Position numbers and translations under genes: made by a program. From an uncultured bacterium (GTDB taxonomy: Bacteria > DUMJ01): a stretch of 64,000 bases of DNA. Positions 1-9,687 of this stretch are shown piece after piece (within the stretch, counting starts at the first letter, position 1; each line of letters starts with the position of its first letter). A model generated the notes under the pieces. It saw only the letters and a program-made list of their open reading frames with translations, had not been told where the DNA came from and did no database searches. The stretch covers positions 585 through 64,584 of the forward strand of contig CALGNK010000002.1 of the NCBI GenBank assembly GCA_937958695.1, read 5' to 3'.

Positions 1-1
1 G

Positions 2-589
2 TATAAAGATTTAGGGTGTAAAGGTGTTGGAGAGATAACTGCCAATCTATATATAGACGATCCTATGGTGTTAAATCTCTTTGCCCAGTGTGGAGAACTA
101 GATATGCCAGTGTTATTTCATTTAGTAGACCGGATAGGGGCACCATATGGTCTTGTAGATGACATCTATCTACCCAGGTTAGAAAAAGCTCTAAAAGAAT
201 TACCTAAGACTATCTTCATAGGACATGCTATGTCTTTCTGGGCAGAGATAAGTGCAGATGTCTCTGAAGAGACTAGAGGAGGATATCCAAAGGGACCAAT
301 TACAAAGCCTGGTAGACTTCAGGAATTATTAAGAAAATACGATAATCTCTATGGAGACCTTTCTGCAGGAAGTGGTTTTAACGCTATCACTAGAGACCCT
401 GAATATGGATATAAGTTCTTGGAAGAATTTCAAGATAAGCTTTTATTTGGAACGGATTTTTGTCATCATAACCAAGAAGTCCCTATTGTAGACTACATAA
501 AGAATGCATTAAAAAAGGGGAGGATATCTCAGACCGCATATAAAAAGATAACCCGTCTAAATGCAGAAAAGTTGTTAGGATTAAGGTAA
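2..589 (+). CDS. Amidohydrolase-2 (TIM-barrel metal-dependent hydrolase) family protein, 5'-truncated by the window edge
   Basis: The frame is open from nt 2 with no stop before the first ATG at 65. It resembles the 52850..53959 amidohydrolase and the C-terminal FGTDF region. Confidence 0.55.
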   Translation, partial: YKDLGCKGVGEITANLYIDDPMVLNLFAQCGELDMPVLFHLVDRIGAPYGLVDDIYLPRLEKALKELPKTIFIGHAMSFWAEISADVSEETRGGYPKGPITKPGRLQELLRKYDNLYGDLSAGSGFNAITRDPEYGYKFLEEFQDKLLFGTDFCHHNQEVPIVDYIKNALKKGRISQTAYKKITRLNAEKLLGLR

Positions 590-692
590 AACTTTCCAAT
601 TTTTAAATTTTATACAATTATCCCTTATAGATAGAATTAACTGAATTTTATAGATGGACTAATAAAAATAATTATGGTTGTAAAAGATAAGC

Positions 693-720
693 TTGACATT
701 TTATAAATAATTTATATAAT
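693..720 (+). promoter_or_regulatory. Sigma-70-like promoter for gdh: TTGACA (693-698), 16-nt spacer, TATAAT (715-720)
   Basis: Consensus -35 and -10 hexamers read directly. An AAGGGAGG RBS lies at about 744-751 and the ATG at 758. Confidence 0.5.
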
Positions 721-757
721 TGAAATGGAATTTATAATCTTATAAGGGAGGCATAAT

Positions 758-2035
758 ATGAATTTTTACTATAACCTGAATATACATAATACTAGATCTG
801 TCTACTACATAAAAAGCGGAGGTAAGAGACTAGGGTTAAGAGAGGAAGAGATAGAAGCAATAATTTCTCCTCAAGAGATAAGGATTTTTAGACTCTCCTG
901 TAAAATTCTTGGCAAGACGTTAAATTTTCCTGGAATTATGTGTCTCCATAATGATGCTAGAGGACCTTATAAAGGTGGGATAAGGATATCCAATGACGTA
1001 GATATAGCCGAGACTGTAGAATTGGCAAGACTTATGACTCTAAAGACAGCCATTTCAGATATAGAATTTGGTGGTGGGAAAACAGGGATAACTGTTGACT
1101 GGAATTATTTGTATAAATTATACGATAGAAGGCCGATAGATATTCAGTTTGAAAAGATAGTGCGTTTAGATATAGTAGAGTACCTTGCCCAGATGTATAG
1201 AGATACATTTAAGAATCATATCTATGTTCCAGCTCCTGATTTAGGTACAGGACCAGAAGAGATGGCTTTTATATATAATGAAACGCTAGACCCTGCATCT
1301 GTTACAGGTAAGCCAGAAGGAGTTCACGGATGGCTTCCAGGTAGAAGAGAGAGTACAGGTTATGGATGTGCTTTTATTACTAAAAAGTTTTTACAGGAAT
1401 GCCTAGATAGGGATGTTCAGGGGTCTACAATTGCTATACAGGGTTTTGGTAATGTAGGAAGCCATTTAGCTAAATATCTACATGAAGATGGAGCTAAGAT
1501 TGTAGGCATCACCGATTTATACGGTGGGGTCTATAATGAGAATGGGATAGATATACCTGCCTTGATAGAGTACGCAAAGAAAAATGGTACAATCTTGGGC
1601 TTTGGCTCAAGTAATCTTACGAATGAAGAACTTTTCTCTCTATCGGTTGATGTTCTTATCCCTGCTGCTACCGGAAACGTAATAAATTCAGAGGTAGCTA
1701 AGAATATAAAAGCTAAAGGTATAGTGGAAGCAGCAAATAATCCAATCACATTAGATGGGATGCATGTAATAGAAGAGAGAGGAATTCCTGTTGTCCCAGA
1801 TATTATAGCAAACTCTGGAGGAGTAATAGCATCTATGGAGGAGTACTCTAGATCTTTGAGCGCTTTAAAGGTGAAAAAAGAGGATGTCTTTTCTATAATC
1901 GAAGAGAAATTACAACAAGGATTTATGGACTCTTTAAAACTTAGTAAAGAGTTAAATATAAATATGTGTGAATCTGCAATCCAAATAGCGGTAGAAAGAG
2001 TATATATGGCTATGAAAAATAGAAGATATATATAA
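758..2035 (+). CDS. gdh: NAD(P)-dependent glutamate dehydrogenase (Glu/Leu/Phe/Val dehydrogenase family)
   Basis: GGGK active-site lysine motif and a GFGNVG Rossmann dinucleotide motif; 425 aa; strong RBS. Confidence 0.85.
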   Translation: MNFYYNLNIHNTRSVYYIKSGGKRLGLREEEIEAIISPQEIRIFRLSCKILGKTLNFPGIMCLHNDARGPYKGGIRISNDVDIAETVELARLMTLKTAISDIEFGGGKTGITVDWNYLYKLYDRRPIDIQFEKIVRLDIVEYLAQMYRDTFKNHIYVPAPDLGTGPEEMAFIYNETLDPASVTGKPEGVHGWLPGRRESTGYGCAFITKKFLQECLDRDVQGSTIAIQGFGNVGSHLAKYLHEDGAKIVGITDLYGGVYNENGIDIPALIEYAKKNGTILGFGSSNLTNEELFSLSVDVLIPAATGNVINSEVAKNIKAKGIVEAANNPITLDGMHVIEERGIPVVPDIIANSGGVIASMEEYSRSLSALKVKKEDVFSIIEEKLQQGFMDSLKLSKELNINMCESAIQIAVERVYMAMKNRRYI

Positions 2036-2059
2036 TTTTGAAAGAGGAGGTGTTTTTCA

Positions 2060-4003
2060 GTGAAGCCTTTATTAAAGATTTTAGTGGTTTTGGGTTTGGT
2101 TATATCAATAGTGATGAGCAATCTTACTGTAGCTTTCTCTCAACAGAAGAATCCTTTAGGGCAGTATGCAACGATAAAGGATTATGAGAAAGCCACAGGG
2201 AAGAAGATTACCAAGTTTAGTGAAGCTCCAATGTTATCAGAGCTGGTAAAACAGGGGAAGCTTCCACCTGTAGAAAAGAGACTTCCTGAAGAGCCTGCGG
2301 TGGTAGAACCAATAGAGGAGATAGGTCAGTATGGAGGAACCTGGAGAAGGGGGTTGCTTGGTGTTGCAGATAGTATGGGATATAGATATTTAGTATATGA
2401 TCCTATAGTTAGATGGAGTAGAGAAGGGATTAAGGTTATACCTAATTTAGCGAAATCTTGGAAGATTATTGACGAGGGGAGAACATATATTTTTTCTATT
2501 AGGAAAGGTGTTAAATGGTCTGACGGACAAACATTTACTGCTGATGACATAATATTTTGGTATGAAGATATAGTCCTTAATAAGGAACTTACGCCGGCAT
2601 TTCCAGCTTGGCTTACAGTTGCTGGTGAACCGTGTAAGATAGAAAAAGTTGATACCTATACGGTAAAAATTTCTTTTAAAGAGCCATATCCTTTATTTTT
2701 AGAGTATCTTGCATTTCAGGGAGAAATTTTTGCTCCAGCACACTACCTTAAGCAATTTCATCCTAAATATACATCTAAAGATTCTGTTGATGCAGAAACA
2801 AAAAAGGCTGGTTTTCAATACTGGTATCAGTTCTTTGCTCAGAGGAATAATTATTTCTTGAATCCTGACCGTCCTGTTCTCTCAGCATGGAAAGTAACAA
2901 GAAGTTTCCCTAATGATCCGATGATAGCTGAAAGAAATCCTTACTATTGGAAAGTAGATACGGTAGGAAATCAGCTACCATACATAGATCGAATTACCTG
3001 TGCGCTATTATCAAATACAGAAATGGTCCTAATGAAGGCTTTAAGTGGTGAAATAGATATGCAATTTAGGCATCTTAGTCCGGCTAATTTTACTCTTCTT
3101 ATGGAAAATAGAGAAAAAGGAAATTATAGAGTAATACCAGCAGTTTCTGTAGGAATAAGTGCTGCTATATACTTTAATATGAACTGTAAGGATCCTATTT
3201 TAAGAAAAATTTTTGAGGATAGAAGATTTAGAATCGCCCTATCTGTTGCTATTGATAGAGATACCATTAATCAGCTATGTTATTCTGGTTTACTCAAACC
3301 AATACAGGCTACTAGCACTTCTTATGATCCTATGTGGACTAAGGAGATAGGGGAGTCTTACATTAAATATGATCCGAATCAAGCTAATAAGTTATTAGAT
3401 GCTATGGGGCTTAATAAAAGAGATAAGGATGGGTATCGATTAAGGCCAGATGGAAAAGTTTTAGAGTTAGTAATTGAAAATTATGATGCTCCAGATGTGT
3501 ATGAGCTAGTTGCTTCTTTTTGGAATAAAGTAGGGATAAAAACAGCAGTTAAAACATTAGAAAGATCTCTTTGGACCACCAGAGTAACTGCTGGAGAACA
3601 TCAGATAGCTGGATATGCCGTTGGAGGTCTTTTGTGGCAGATAGACCCATTATGGTATATTCCAGTATCCAGATATACTTATTGGGCTCCTCTGTATGGA
3701 CTTTGGTATGAAAGCGGTGGTAAGTCTGGGGAAAAACCACCAAATGAGATATTTAGATTAATAGAGTTATATGAAAAATTTAAGATTACATTAAGCGAGA
3801 ATAGGAGGATATTAATAGGTAGGGAAATATTGAGGATACATTCTAAAAATCTCTGGATGATAGGAATATTAGGGGAAATGAAAAGACCGACAGTAGTAAA
3901 GAATAATTTCCGCAATTTCCCTGCCTCATTATTTGATGATTATAGGATGCAGTGCGAAGGAAAGCTAAATCCAGAACAGTTCTTTATTAAAGAATCCAAG
4001 TAG
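2060..4003 (+). CDS. ABC transporter substrate-binding protein, family 5 (peptide/oligosaccharide-binding), orphan with no adjacent permeases
   Basis: GTG start after a GAGGAGGTG RBS; N-terminal signal peptide; 647 aa, the typical SBP_bac_5 size and composition. Confidence 0.75.
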   Translation: MKPLLKILVVLGLVISIVMSNLTVAFSQQKNPLGQYATIKDYEKATGKKITKFSEAPMLSELVKQGKLPPVEKRLPEEPAVVEPIEEIGQYGGTWRRGLLGVADSMGYRYLVYDPIVRWSREGIKVIPNLAKSWKIIDEGRTYIFSIRKGVKWSDGQTFTADDIIFWYEDIVLNKELTPAFPAWLTVAGEPCKIEKVDTYTVKISFKEPYPLFLEYLAFQGEIFAPAHYLKQFHPKYTSKDSVDAETKKAGFQYWYQFFAQRNNYFLNPDRPVLSAWKVTRSFPNDPMIAERNPYYWKVDTVGNQLPYIDRITCALLSNTEMVLMKALSGEIDMQFRHLSPANFTLLMENREKGNYRVIPAVSVGISAAIYFNMNCKDPILRKIFEDRRFRIALSVAIDRDTINQLCYSGLLKPIQATSTSYDPMWTKEIGESYIKYDPNQANKLLDAMGLNKRDKDGYRLRPDGKVLELVIENYDAPDVYELVASFWNKVGIKTAVKTLERSLWTTRVTAGEHQIAGYAVGGLLWQIDPLWYIPVSRYTYWAPLYGLWYESGGKSGEKPPNEIFRLIELYEKFKITLSENRRILIGREILRIHSKNLWMIGILGEMKRPTVVKNNFRNFPASLFDDYRMQCEGKLNPEQFFIKESK

Positions 4004-4014
4004 CTTTTATATAA

Positions 4015-4050
4015 GGGGATGGCATTGCCATCCCCAAAAGTTTTAATTTT
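4015..4050 (+). terminator. Intrinsic terminator-like hairpin GGGGATGGC-att-GCCATCCCC followed by a T-rich tract
   Basis: Perfect 9-10 bp GC-rich inverted repeat at 4015-4035, then AAAAGTTTTAATTTT. It sits immediately 3' of the SBP stop. Confidence 0.5.
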
Positions 4051-4063
4051 GGAGGTATACGAA

Positions 4064-4960
4064 GTGATAATGATGTATTATGATCCAGATTATAAAATTA
4101 CTAGGGATCCTGCAGTAGTAAAATTTAAAGGTGAATATTTTCTTTACTACACAACTATGAAAGATAAAGAATATTTAATTGGAATAGCCAAGAGTAAAGA
4201 CCTTATAAATTGGTATAAGATTGGGGAACTTGAAGCAACAGAAGAATTCGAAGGTAAAGGGATTTGTGCACCATTTGCTAGTATAGATAAAGATGAGAAT
4301 ATATTTCTTTTGTATCAGACTAATTATTTCTCTTTAGAGGAGAATATAGCCTATGCATTTTCTAGTGATGGGATAAACTTTATTAAACCAAAAGATATAA
4401 ATCCAGTATTAAGAATTCAGAGTGGTTGGTCTTTACCTAGAGCTATAGATGCAGATTTATTAGAAGTGAAAGGGAAGAGATTTTTATATTTCGCTACAAG
4501 ACTTAAAGATAATCCTAGTGAACAAGTGATTGGGGTAGCATTAGCAGATGATAAAGATTTATTTAAATTTACTGTTGTAGATAGACCTATCTTAAAGGGT
4601 GAATATGAATGGGAGAAGAATTTTGTTGAAGCGCCTAGTGTTTGTTATAAGAATGGGAGCTTCTTTATGTTTTATGGAGGGGGAACTAATCCTCAATATG
4701 TAGGATTAGCTGTCTCTAATGACGGATTAAATTGGAATAAATTATATAAAGACCCCTTCGTAAAGCCTAATAGGATTATAAAAGTAAATAATTTTGACTG
4801 GCACCAGAAAGATGCTACTCATCCATTCTTTTTTTCAGACGAAGATAAGGCTTATATCTTCTTTCACAGCGATTACGAACATAATGTGGATTGGCCAAGA
4901 CCTTCTGCTATTACTTGGGTTGAAATAGTATGGAATAACAATGAATTAGGATTGGCATAA
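4064..4960 (+). CDS. Beta-propeller glycosidase-like protein (GH43/GH130-like fold, DUF377-like)
   Basis: The track ORF begins at 4019 but overlaps the hairpin. A GGAGGT RBS at 4051-4056 favours the in-frame GTG at 4064 (or ATG at 4070). The family call is from general sequence character and is low-specificity. Confidence 0.45.
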   Translation: MIMMYYDPDYKITRDPAVVKFKGEYFLYYTTMKDKEYLIGIAKSKDLINWYKIGELEATEEFEGKGICAPFASIDKDENIFLLYQTNYFSLEENIAYAFSSDGINFIKPKDINPVLRIQSGWSLPRAIDADLLEVKGKRFLYFATRLKDNPSEQVIGVALADDKDLFKFTVVDRPILKGEYEWEKNFVEAPSVCYKNGSFFMFYGGGTNPQYVGLAVSNDGLNWNKLYKDPFVKPNRIIKVNNFDWHQKDATHPFFFSDEDKAYIFFHSDYEHNVDWPRPSAITWVEIVWNNNELGLA

Positions 4961-4987
4961 TTATTATAGTATTATAAACAACACTTT

Positions 4988-5002
4988 TTGATAAATTATC
5001 AA
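4988..5002. promoter_or_regulatory. Perfect 15-bp palindrome TTGATAA-A-TTATCAA flanked by T runs; candidate operator
   Basis: Read directly. It lies in the 310-nt intergenic region upstream of the 5271 gene. Confidence 0.3.
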
Positions 5003-5270
5003 ATTTTTTATTTGATGCTTTATAATTCTCCAATAAGGTAGCGAAAGACTTAGATTTAAAGAGTATATACTTAGGTAGTGATTTCAGGTACAAGTGAGTG
5101 GATAAGTAAAATAAGGAACTAGGACCTAATCTTAACTGAATTATTGATTCAATTTGAAGCCAGAGTAATCTGCAGAAATTATCTCGATAATTTTAGCCTA
5201 CTTTGCTATTCAGTGTCTAGAAATATTGGTATTATTTTAAAGGATAACTTTGTTCACATAGGGGTGATTT

Positions 5271-6578
5271 ATGATGATCTCTGAGAGGTTTGATGTTGTT
5301 GTAATAGGCGGGGGAACAGCAGGCAGTGTTGCTGGAATTGCATCGGCAAGAGAAGGTGTAAAGACTTTAATTATAGAACAGTACGGATTTTTAGGGGGAA
5401 GCGCTACCGGGGCTCTTGTTACACCTCTTATGAAATGGAATGAAAGTGATTGTTCTATTGGAGGTATAAGTGATGAGATAAATAGGAGAATGGAATTATT
5501 GGGTTATCAGGAAGGTCCATTTTTTGACCCCGAGATGCTAAAGTACGTTCTAGAGGAGATGGCGGTAGAAAGTGGAGTAGATTTGCTCTACCATACCTAT
5601 GTTAGAGATGTTATTATGGAAGGACAATCACTTAAAGGATTAATAGTTCAAAATAAGTCTGGTATTCAAGAGATATATGGTGATATCTTTATAGATGCTA
5701 CTGGGGATGGGGACATAGCTGTAATGGCAGGAGCTCCATTTAAGCAAGGGAGAGAAGAAGATGGACTAAATCAGGCAATGTCATTAAGATTTGTAGTAGG
5801 ACATATAGACTTAGTAAGATTTAGGATGTTTTTGAAGGATTTAGGCTATGAGGAGAAACAACTGTATCCATTTTTAGAAGGTTCGATGCTTTGGGGAAGA
5901 CAGGATAAACTTGAACCTATATTCAGAAAGGCTGTAGAAGATGGAATACTTTTGGAAGAGGATGGAGATTATTTTCAATTCTTCTTTATACCAGGGAAAC
6001 CTGATCAACTTTCGTTTAATTGTCCGAGGATTTCTGGAAGATATAGTACTGATATCAAAGATTTGACCTTTGCCCAAGTCTATGGGAAAAAGGCTATAAT
6101 GAGACTCATTACCTTCTTTAGAAAGTACTTTCCAGGTTTTGAAGAAAGCTATATAGTTTCAACTGCTGTAATGGTTGGTGTAAGAGAATCAAGAAGGATA
6201 GTTGGAGAATATATATTAACATACGAGGACGTTATAGGAGGAAGAAAATTTCCAGATGGGGTAGCAAGAAATGCCTATCCAGTAGATATTCATAAACCTA
6301 AGCCAGATAGAATAAAGCCATCTACATTGCTTGTAGGAGTAAAGTCCGGAGATTACTATGAGATTCCTTATAGATGTCTCATACCTAAGAAGGTAGATAA
6401 TCTTATTGTTACAGGAAGATGCATATCTGCAACCTTTGAGGCTCAGGCTTCTCTTAGGATACAAGTAATATGTAGAAAATTAGGAGAGGCAGCTGGTATA
6501 GCTGGTAGCTTGTGTGTAAAGGAAAAGAAATCTCCTAGAGAGATTAATGGAGAAAGTCTTAAGGAAAGGTTATTATGA
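5271..6578 (+). CDS. FAD-dependent oxidoreductase (pfam FAD_oxidored-like)
   Basis: N-terminal VVVIGGGTAGSVAG dinucleotide-binding motif; 435 aa. Confidence 0.7.
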   Translation: MMISERFDVVVIGGGTAGSVAGIASAREGVKTLIIEQYGFLGGSATGALVTPLMKWNESDCSIGGISDEINRRMELLGYQEGPFFDPEMLKYVLEEMAVESGVDLLYHTYVRDVIMEGQSLKGLIVQNKSGIQEIYGDIFIDATGDGDIAVMAGAPFKQGREEDGLNQAMSLRFVVGHIDLVRFRMFLKDLGYEEKQLYPFLEGSMLWGRQDKLEPIFRKAVEDGILLEEDGDYFQFFFIPGKPDQLSFNCPRISGRYSTDIKDLTFAQVYGKKAIMRLITFFRKYFPGFEESYIVSTAVMVGVRESRRIVGEYILTYEDVIGGRKFPDGVARNAYPVDIHKPKPDRIKPSTLLVGVKSGDYYEIPYRCLIPKKVDNLIVTGRCISATFEAQASLRIQVICRKLGEAAGIAGSLCVKEKKSPREINGESLKERLL

Positions 6579-6589
6579 GGTGAATAAAT

Positions 6590-7378
6590 ATGAAGATCTA
6601 CATTTCGACTGATTTAGAAGGGGTTTGCTGCGTTGTTGGCGAAGCGGGTAAGCCTCTAATGCCTGGTAGTAAACAGTATGAATTTGCCAGGAAAGAACTC
6701 ACCCAAGAGGTTAACAGTGCAATAGAGGGACTTAAAGAATGTGGAGTTGATGAGATAGTCGTTGATGATGGACATGATGGGGGAATAGAGATTCTAATCT
6801 ATGAGGAATTACTTCCAGGGGTTAAGGTATTCCTTGGGAATCCTAGACCTAGGCGTTTCCCTGCTCTTGATAGTTCTTTTGATGGGATGATTTTTATAGG
6901 ATATCACCCTATGGCTGGGGTAGAAAGCGGTATCCTATCACATAGTTATTCCTCTGTGGGAATCCAGAGAATGTGGCTCAACGGAATAGAGATAGGAGAG
7001 ATAGGGCTAGATTCTAGTTTGGCAGGAGCCCTAGGTGTACCTGTTATATTTGTCTCAAGTTGTACAAAAGGTGTAGAGGAAGCCAAAAGACTTTTAGGAG
7101 ATATAGAGACCGTTGCTGTAAAGGAAGGTTTTGGTAGAAACTGTGCACTTTCTCTACATCCAAAAGATGCTCAAAGGTTAATAAAGGAGGGGGTAAAAAG
7201 GGCAATATATCGTATAGATAAGTTTAAGCCTCTGAAAATCTCTCCTCCTTTTGAACTTAAGATTGAGTATAAACTTGAATCTCTGGCAGAAGGAGAAATT
7301 AGAAAGATAGGAGTAGAGAGAATCGACCCTAGGACTATTGTAAGGAGGTCAGATAATATATTTGATTTAATTAGTTAA
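6590..7378 (+). CDS. Peptidase M55, D-aminopeptidase DppA-like
   Basis: N-terminal MKIYISTDLEGV motif typical of the DppA family; 262 aa. Confidence 0.6.
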   Translation: MKIYISTDLEGVCCVVGEAGKPLMPGSKQYEFARKELTQEVNSAIEGLKECGVDEIVVDDGHDGGIEILIYEELLPGVKVFLGNPRPRRFPALDSSFDGMIFIGYHPMAGVESGILSHSYSSVGIQRMWLNGIEIGEIGLDSSLAGALGVPVIFVSSCTKGVEEAKRLLGDIETVAVKEGFGRNCALSLHPKDAQRLIKEGVKRAIYRIDKFKPLKISPPFELKIEYKLESLAEGEIRKIGVERIDPRTIVRRSDNIFDLIS

Positions 7379-7421
7379 ATGTGGCATAATTATTGATGTA
7401 AAAGTATTCGAGGAGGTAGGT

Positions 7422-8144
7422 ATGAAGATTGAACGTATTTTATGGTCAGTAATACTAGGTATAAGCTTGATTATTAGTGCTATTGTAGGATCTTATACTT
7501 TTTATAGGGTAAAGTCATTAGAGAATACCCTTAGTGTAACTGGCTCAGCTAGGGTAAAGGTAAAATCAGATATAGTAAAGTGGGTGGGAGAATTTAGTAG
7601 AAACATCCCAGAGGACTCTTTAAAGAAAGGTTATCAGCAGATGAATAGAGATTTAAATAAGGTCTTAGAGTTCTATAAGGAAAATGGGATTGATATTAAA
7701 GACCTAATAATATCTCCAGTATCTGTTGAGAAACCTTGGATATATAACCAGAATCTTCCAAGAGAATACATCCTAAGTCAGACTGTGGAGATTCAATCTA
7801 ATGATATTGAAAAGATAACTCATTTGGCAAAGAATTTTCAGAGACTTCTAGATGAAGGAGTGTTATTCTCTACTCAATCTCTTGAATATTATTATTCCAA
7901 ACTTCCAGAACTGAGGGTAACTTTACTTACAGAAGCTATGAGTGATGCTAGAGCTAGAGCTGAAAGGATTGCTCAAAGCACAGGGCAGAAAGTGGGGAGT
8001 TTGAAGTCTGCGAGTATGGGAGTAGTTCAGGTACTAGCACCAAATTCAACAGAAGTAAGTGATTATGGAACTTACGATACGTCTACTATCGATAAAGAAG
8101 TAATGGTGGCGGTTAGAGCAGTGTTTGTATTGGAGACGAAATAG
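7422..8144 (+). CDS. SIMPL/DUF541 (BP26/OMP28-like) secreted protein
   Basis: N-terminal TM or signal peptide, then LSVTGSARVKVKSD, typical of the SIMPL domain; 240 aa. Confidence 0.5.
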   Translation: MKIERILWSVILGISLIISAIVGSYTFYRVKSLENTLSVTGSARVKVKSDIVKWVGEFSRNIPEDSLKKGYQQMNRDLNKVLEFYKENGIDIKDLIISPVSVEKPWIYNQNLPREYILSQTVEIQSNDIEKITHLAKNFQRLLDEGVLFSTQSLEYYYSKLPELRVTLLTEAMSDARARAERIAQSTGQKVGSLKSASMGVVQVLAPNSTEVSDYGTYDTSTIDKEVMVAVRAVFVLETK

Positions 8145-8189
8145 AAAGATATTATAAAGGATTTTTAGAAAACTTAGGAGGTGTTCTAA

Positions 8190-8699
8190 TTGGCGCATAA
8201 AGTTATTTCTCTAGAAAATCTTTTGATTAATCCATTTAATCTTATAGGAAAGGATTGGATGCTCATATCTAGTGGGGATATGAGCTCCTTTAATATGATG
8301 ACTGCAGGTTGGGGCAGTTTAGGGATCTTATGGGGTAGAAAGGTTGCCTTCTGTTTTATAAGGCCAACTAGATATACATATAAATTTGCCAATGAAAATG
8401 AGTATTTTACACTCTCATTTTTCTCTGAAGAGTATAAAGAGGCGCTCAATATATGTGGAAGATATTCAGGGCGAGATGTTGACAAAGTTAAACTTAGTGG
8501 TTTAGTTCCTGTAGAAGATGAGGATTATAGGACAGTCTATTTTGATCAAGCAAGGCTAGTTTTTATCTGCAGAAAGATATATCATCAAGATATAAATCCA
8601 GAGAACTTTTTAGATGATAGTATACATAATAATTATCCAATGAAAGACTATCATAGGATGTTTGTTGGTGAGATTGTAAAAGCTTTGGAGAAGAGATGA
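8190..8699 (+). CDS. Flavin reductase-like (FMN-binding split barrel) protein
   Basis: TTG start after a TAGGAGGTG RBS; flavoredoxin-like composition; 169 aa. Confidence 0.5.
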   Translation: MAHKVISLENLLINPFNLIGKDWMLISSGDMSSFNMMTAGWGSLGILWGRKVAFCFIRPTRYTYKFANENEYFTLSFFSEEYKEALNICGRYSGRDVDKVKLSGLVPVEDEDYRTVYFDQARLVFICRKIYHQDINPENFLDDSIHNNYPMKDYHRMFVGEIVKALEKR

Positions 8700-9676
8700 T
8701 ACTGGGAATCTTTGGCTCGCCAGAGGTTATATGGAATCGGGGTGAATCCCTTAGGGATTATAATATCAACTCTGTATTTGTAAGCTATAAAAATCTTAGT
8801 AAAGACATAATAGATAGAATTCGTAAAGAAGGGGCAAGGGTCTATGCTGAGATAGGTATATTCGTTGGTAAAGATATTGTGGAAGAGTATTCAGATTTAG
8901 CCCCAATCGGTTTAGATGGAAAACCTTTAACTCCTATCAAGTGGTATATGGGTATAAATCCTGCTATAGATTGGTATAGAGAGAAGAAACTGAAAGATAT
9001 TAGAGGGATTTTAGAAGAATTTGATATAGATGGACTATGGCTTGATTTTATAAGATACCCCTGCCATTGGGAGGTTTTAAGCCCAAAACTTGAACAATCT
9101 TCTTTTGATGAGGTATCACTAAGAAAGTTTGAAGAGTATATAGGTATCCCTGTGCCTGGAATAACAGCTCAAGACAAAGCTAGGTGGATATTAGATAACA
9201 GATTAGAAGAATGGACTAGATGGAAATGTGAACAGATTACATCTTTCTGTAGAGATACTAGAGAGATAGTAAAAGATATTAACCCCGATGTTATACTTGG
9301 TATCTTCTCTGTTCCTTGGAGAGAAGATCAGTTTGATGGAGCTATCTTTAAGATTATTGCGCAGGACTTTAAGGCTTTATCAAGTTACATAGATGTATTC
9401 TCTCCAATGGTTTACCATCTTATGTGTGGATTTACTGTAGATTGGATAAGGGATTATTCTCTCTATCTAAAAGATAAAACTAAAAAGATTGTAGTACCAA
9501 TTGTACAGGCGGTAGATGAGCCCTCAAGGATAGATAATCTTGAAGATATTATAATGGTATCTCTAGATGGAGGTCTTGATGGAGTTATAGTTTTTACAGC
9601 TCAGGCTGTATTTGAGGATGAGACAAAGATAGAGGCACTTAGAAGATCTTTCTTAAGTATAAAAGGAGCAATATAG
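8696..9676 (+). CDS. Hypothetical TIM-barrel glycoside-hydrolase-like protein (GHL/DUF4015-like)
   Basis: 4-nt ATGA overlap with the upstream gene indicates translational coupling. The family assignment is weak. Confidence 0.4.
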   Translation: MILGIFGSPEVIWNRGESLRDYNINSVFVSYKNLSKDIIDRIRKEGARVYAEIGIFVGKDIVEEYSDLAPIGLDGKPLTPIKWYMGINPAIDWYREKKLKDIRGILEEFDIDGLWLDFIRYPCHWEVLSPKLEQSSFDEVSLRKFEEYIGIPVPGITAQDKARWILDNRLEEWTRWKCEQITSFCRDTREIVKDINPDVILGIFSVPWREDQFDGAIFKIIAQDFKALSSYIDVFSPMVYHLMCGFTVDWIRDYSLYLKDKTKKIVVPIVQAVDEPSRIDNLEDIIMVSLDGGLDGVIVFTAQAVFEDETKIEALRRSFLSIKGAI

Positions 9677-9687
9677 AATATATTTGG

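Noticed and set aside
1531-2121. 196-aa minus-strand ORF inside gdh
   Set aside because: Antisense shadow of a well-supported gene. It has a Phe/Ile/Ser-rich low-complexity composition and no RBS.
4019-4063. Track start codon (ATG 4019) of the glycosidase-like gene
   Set aside because: It would force translation through a strong GC hairpin with a T tract. It lacks a spaced RBS, whereas GGAGGT at 4051 serves the GTG at 4064 or ATG at 4070.
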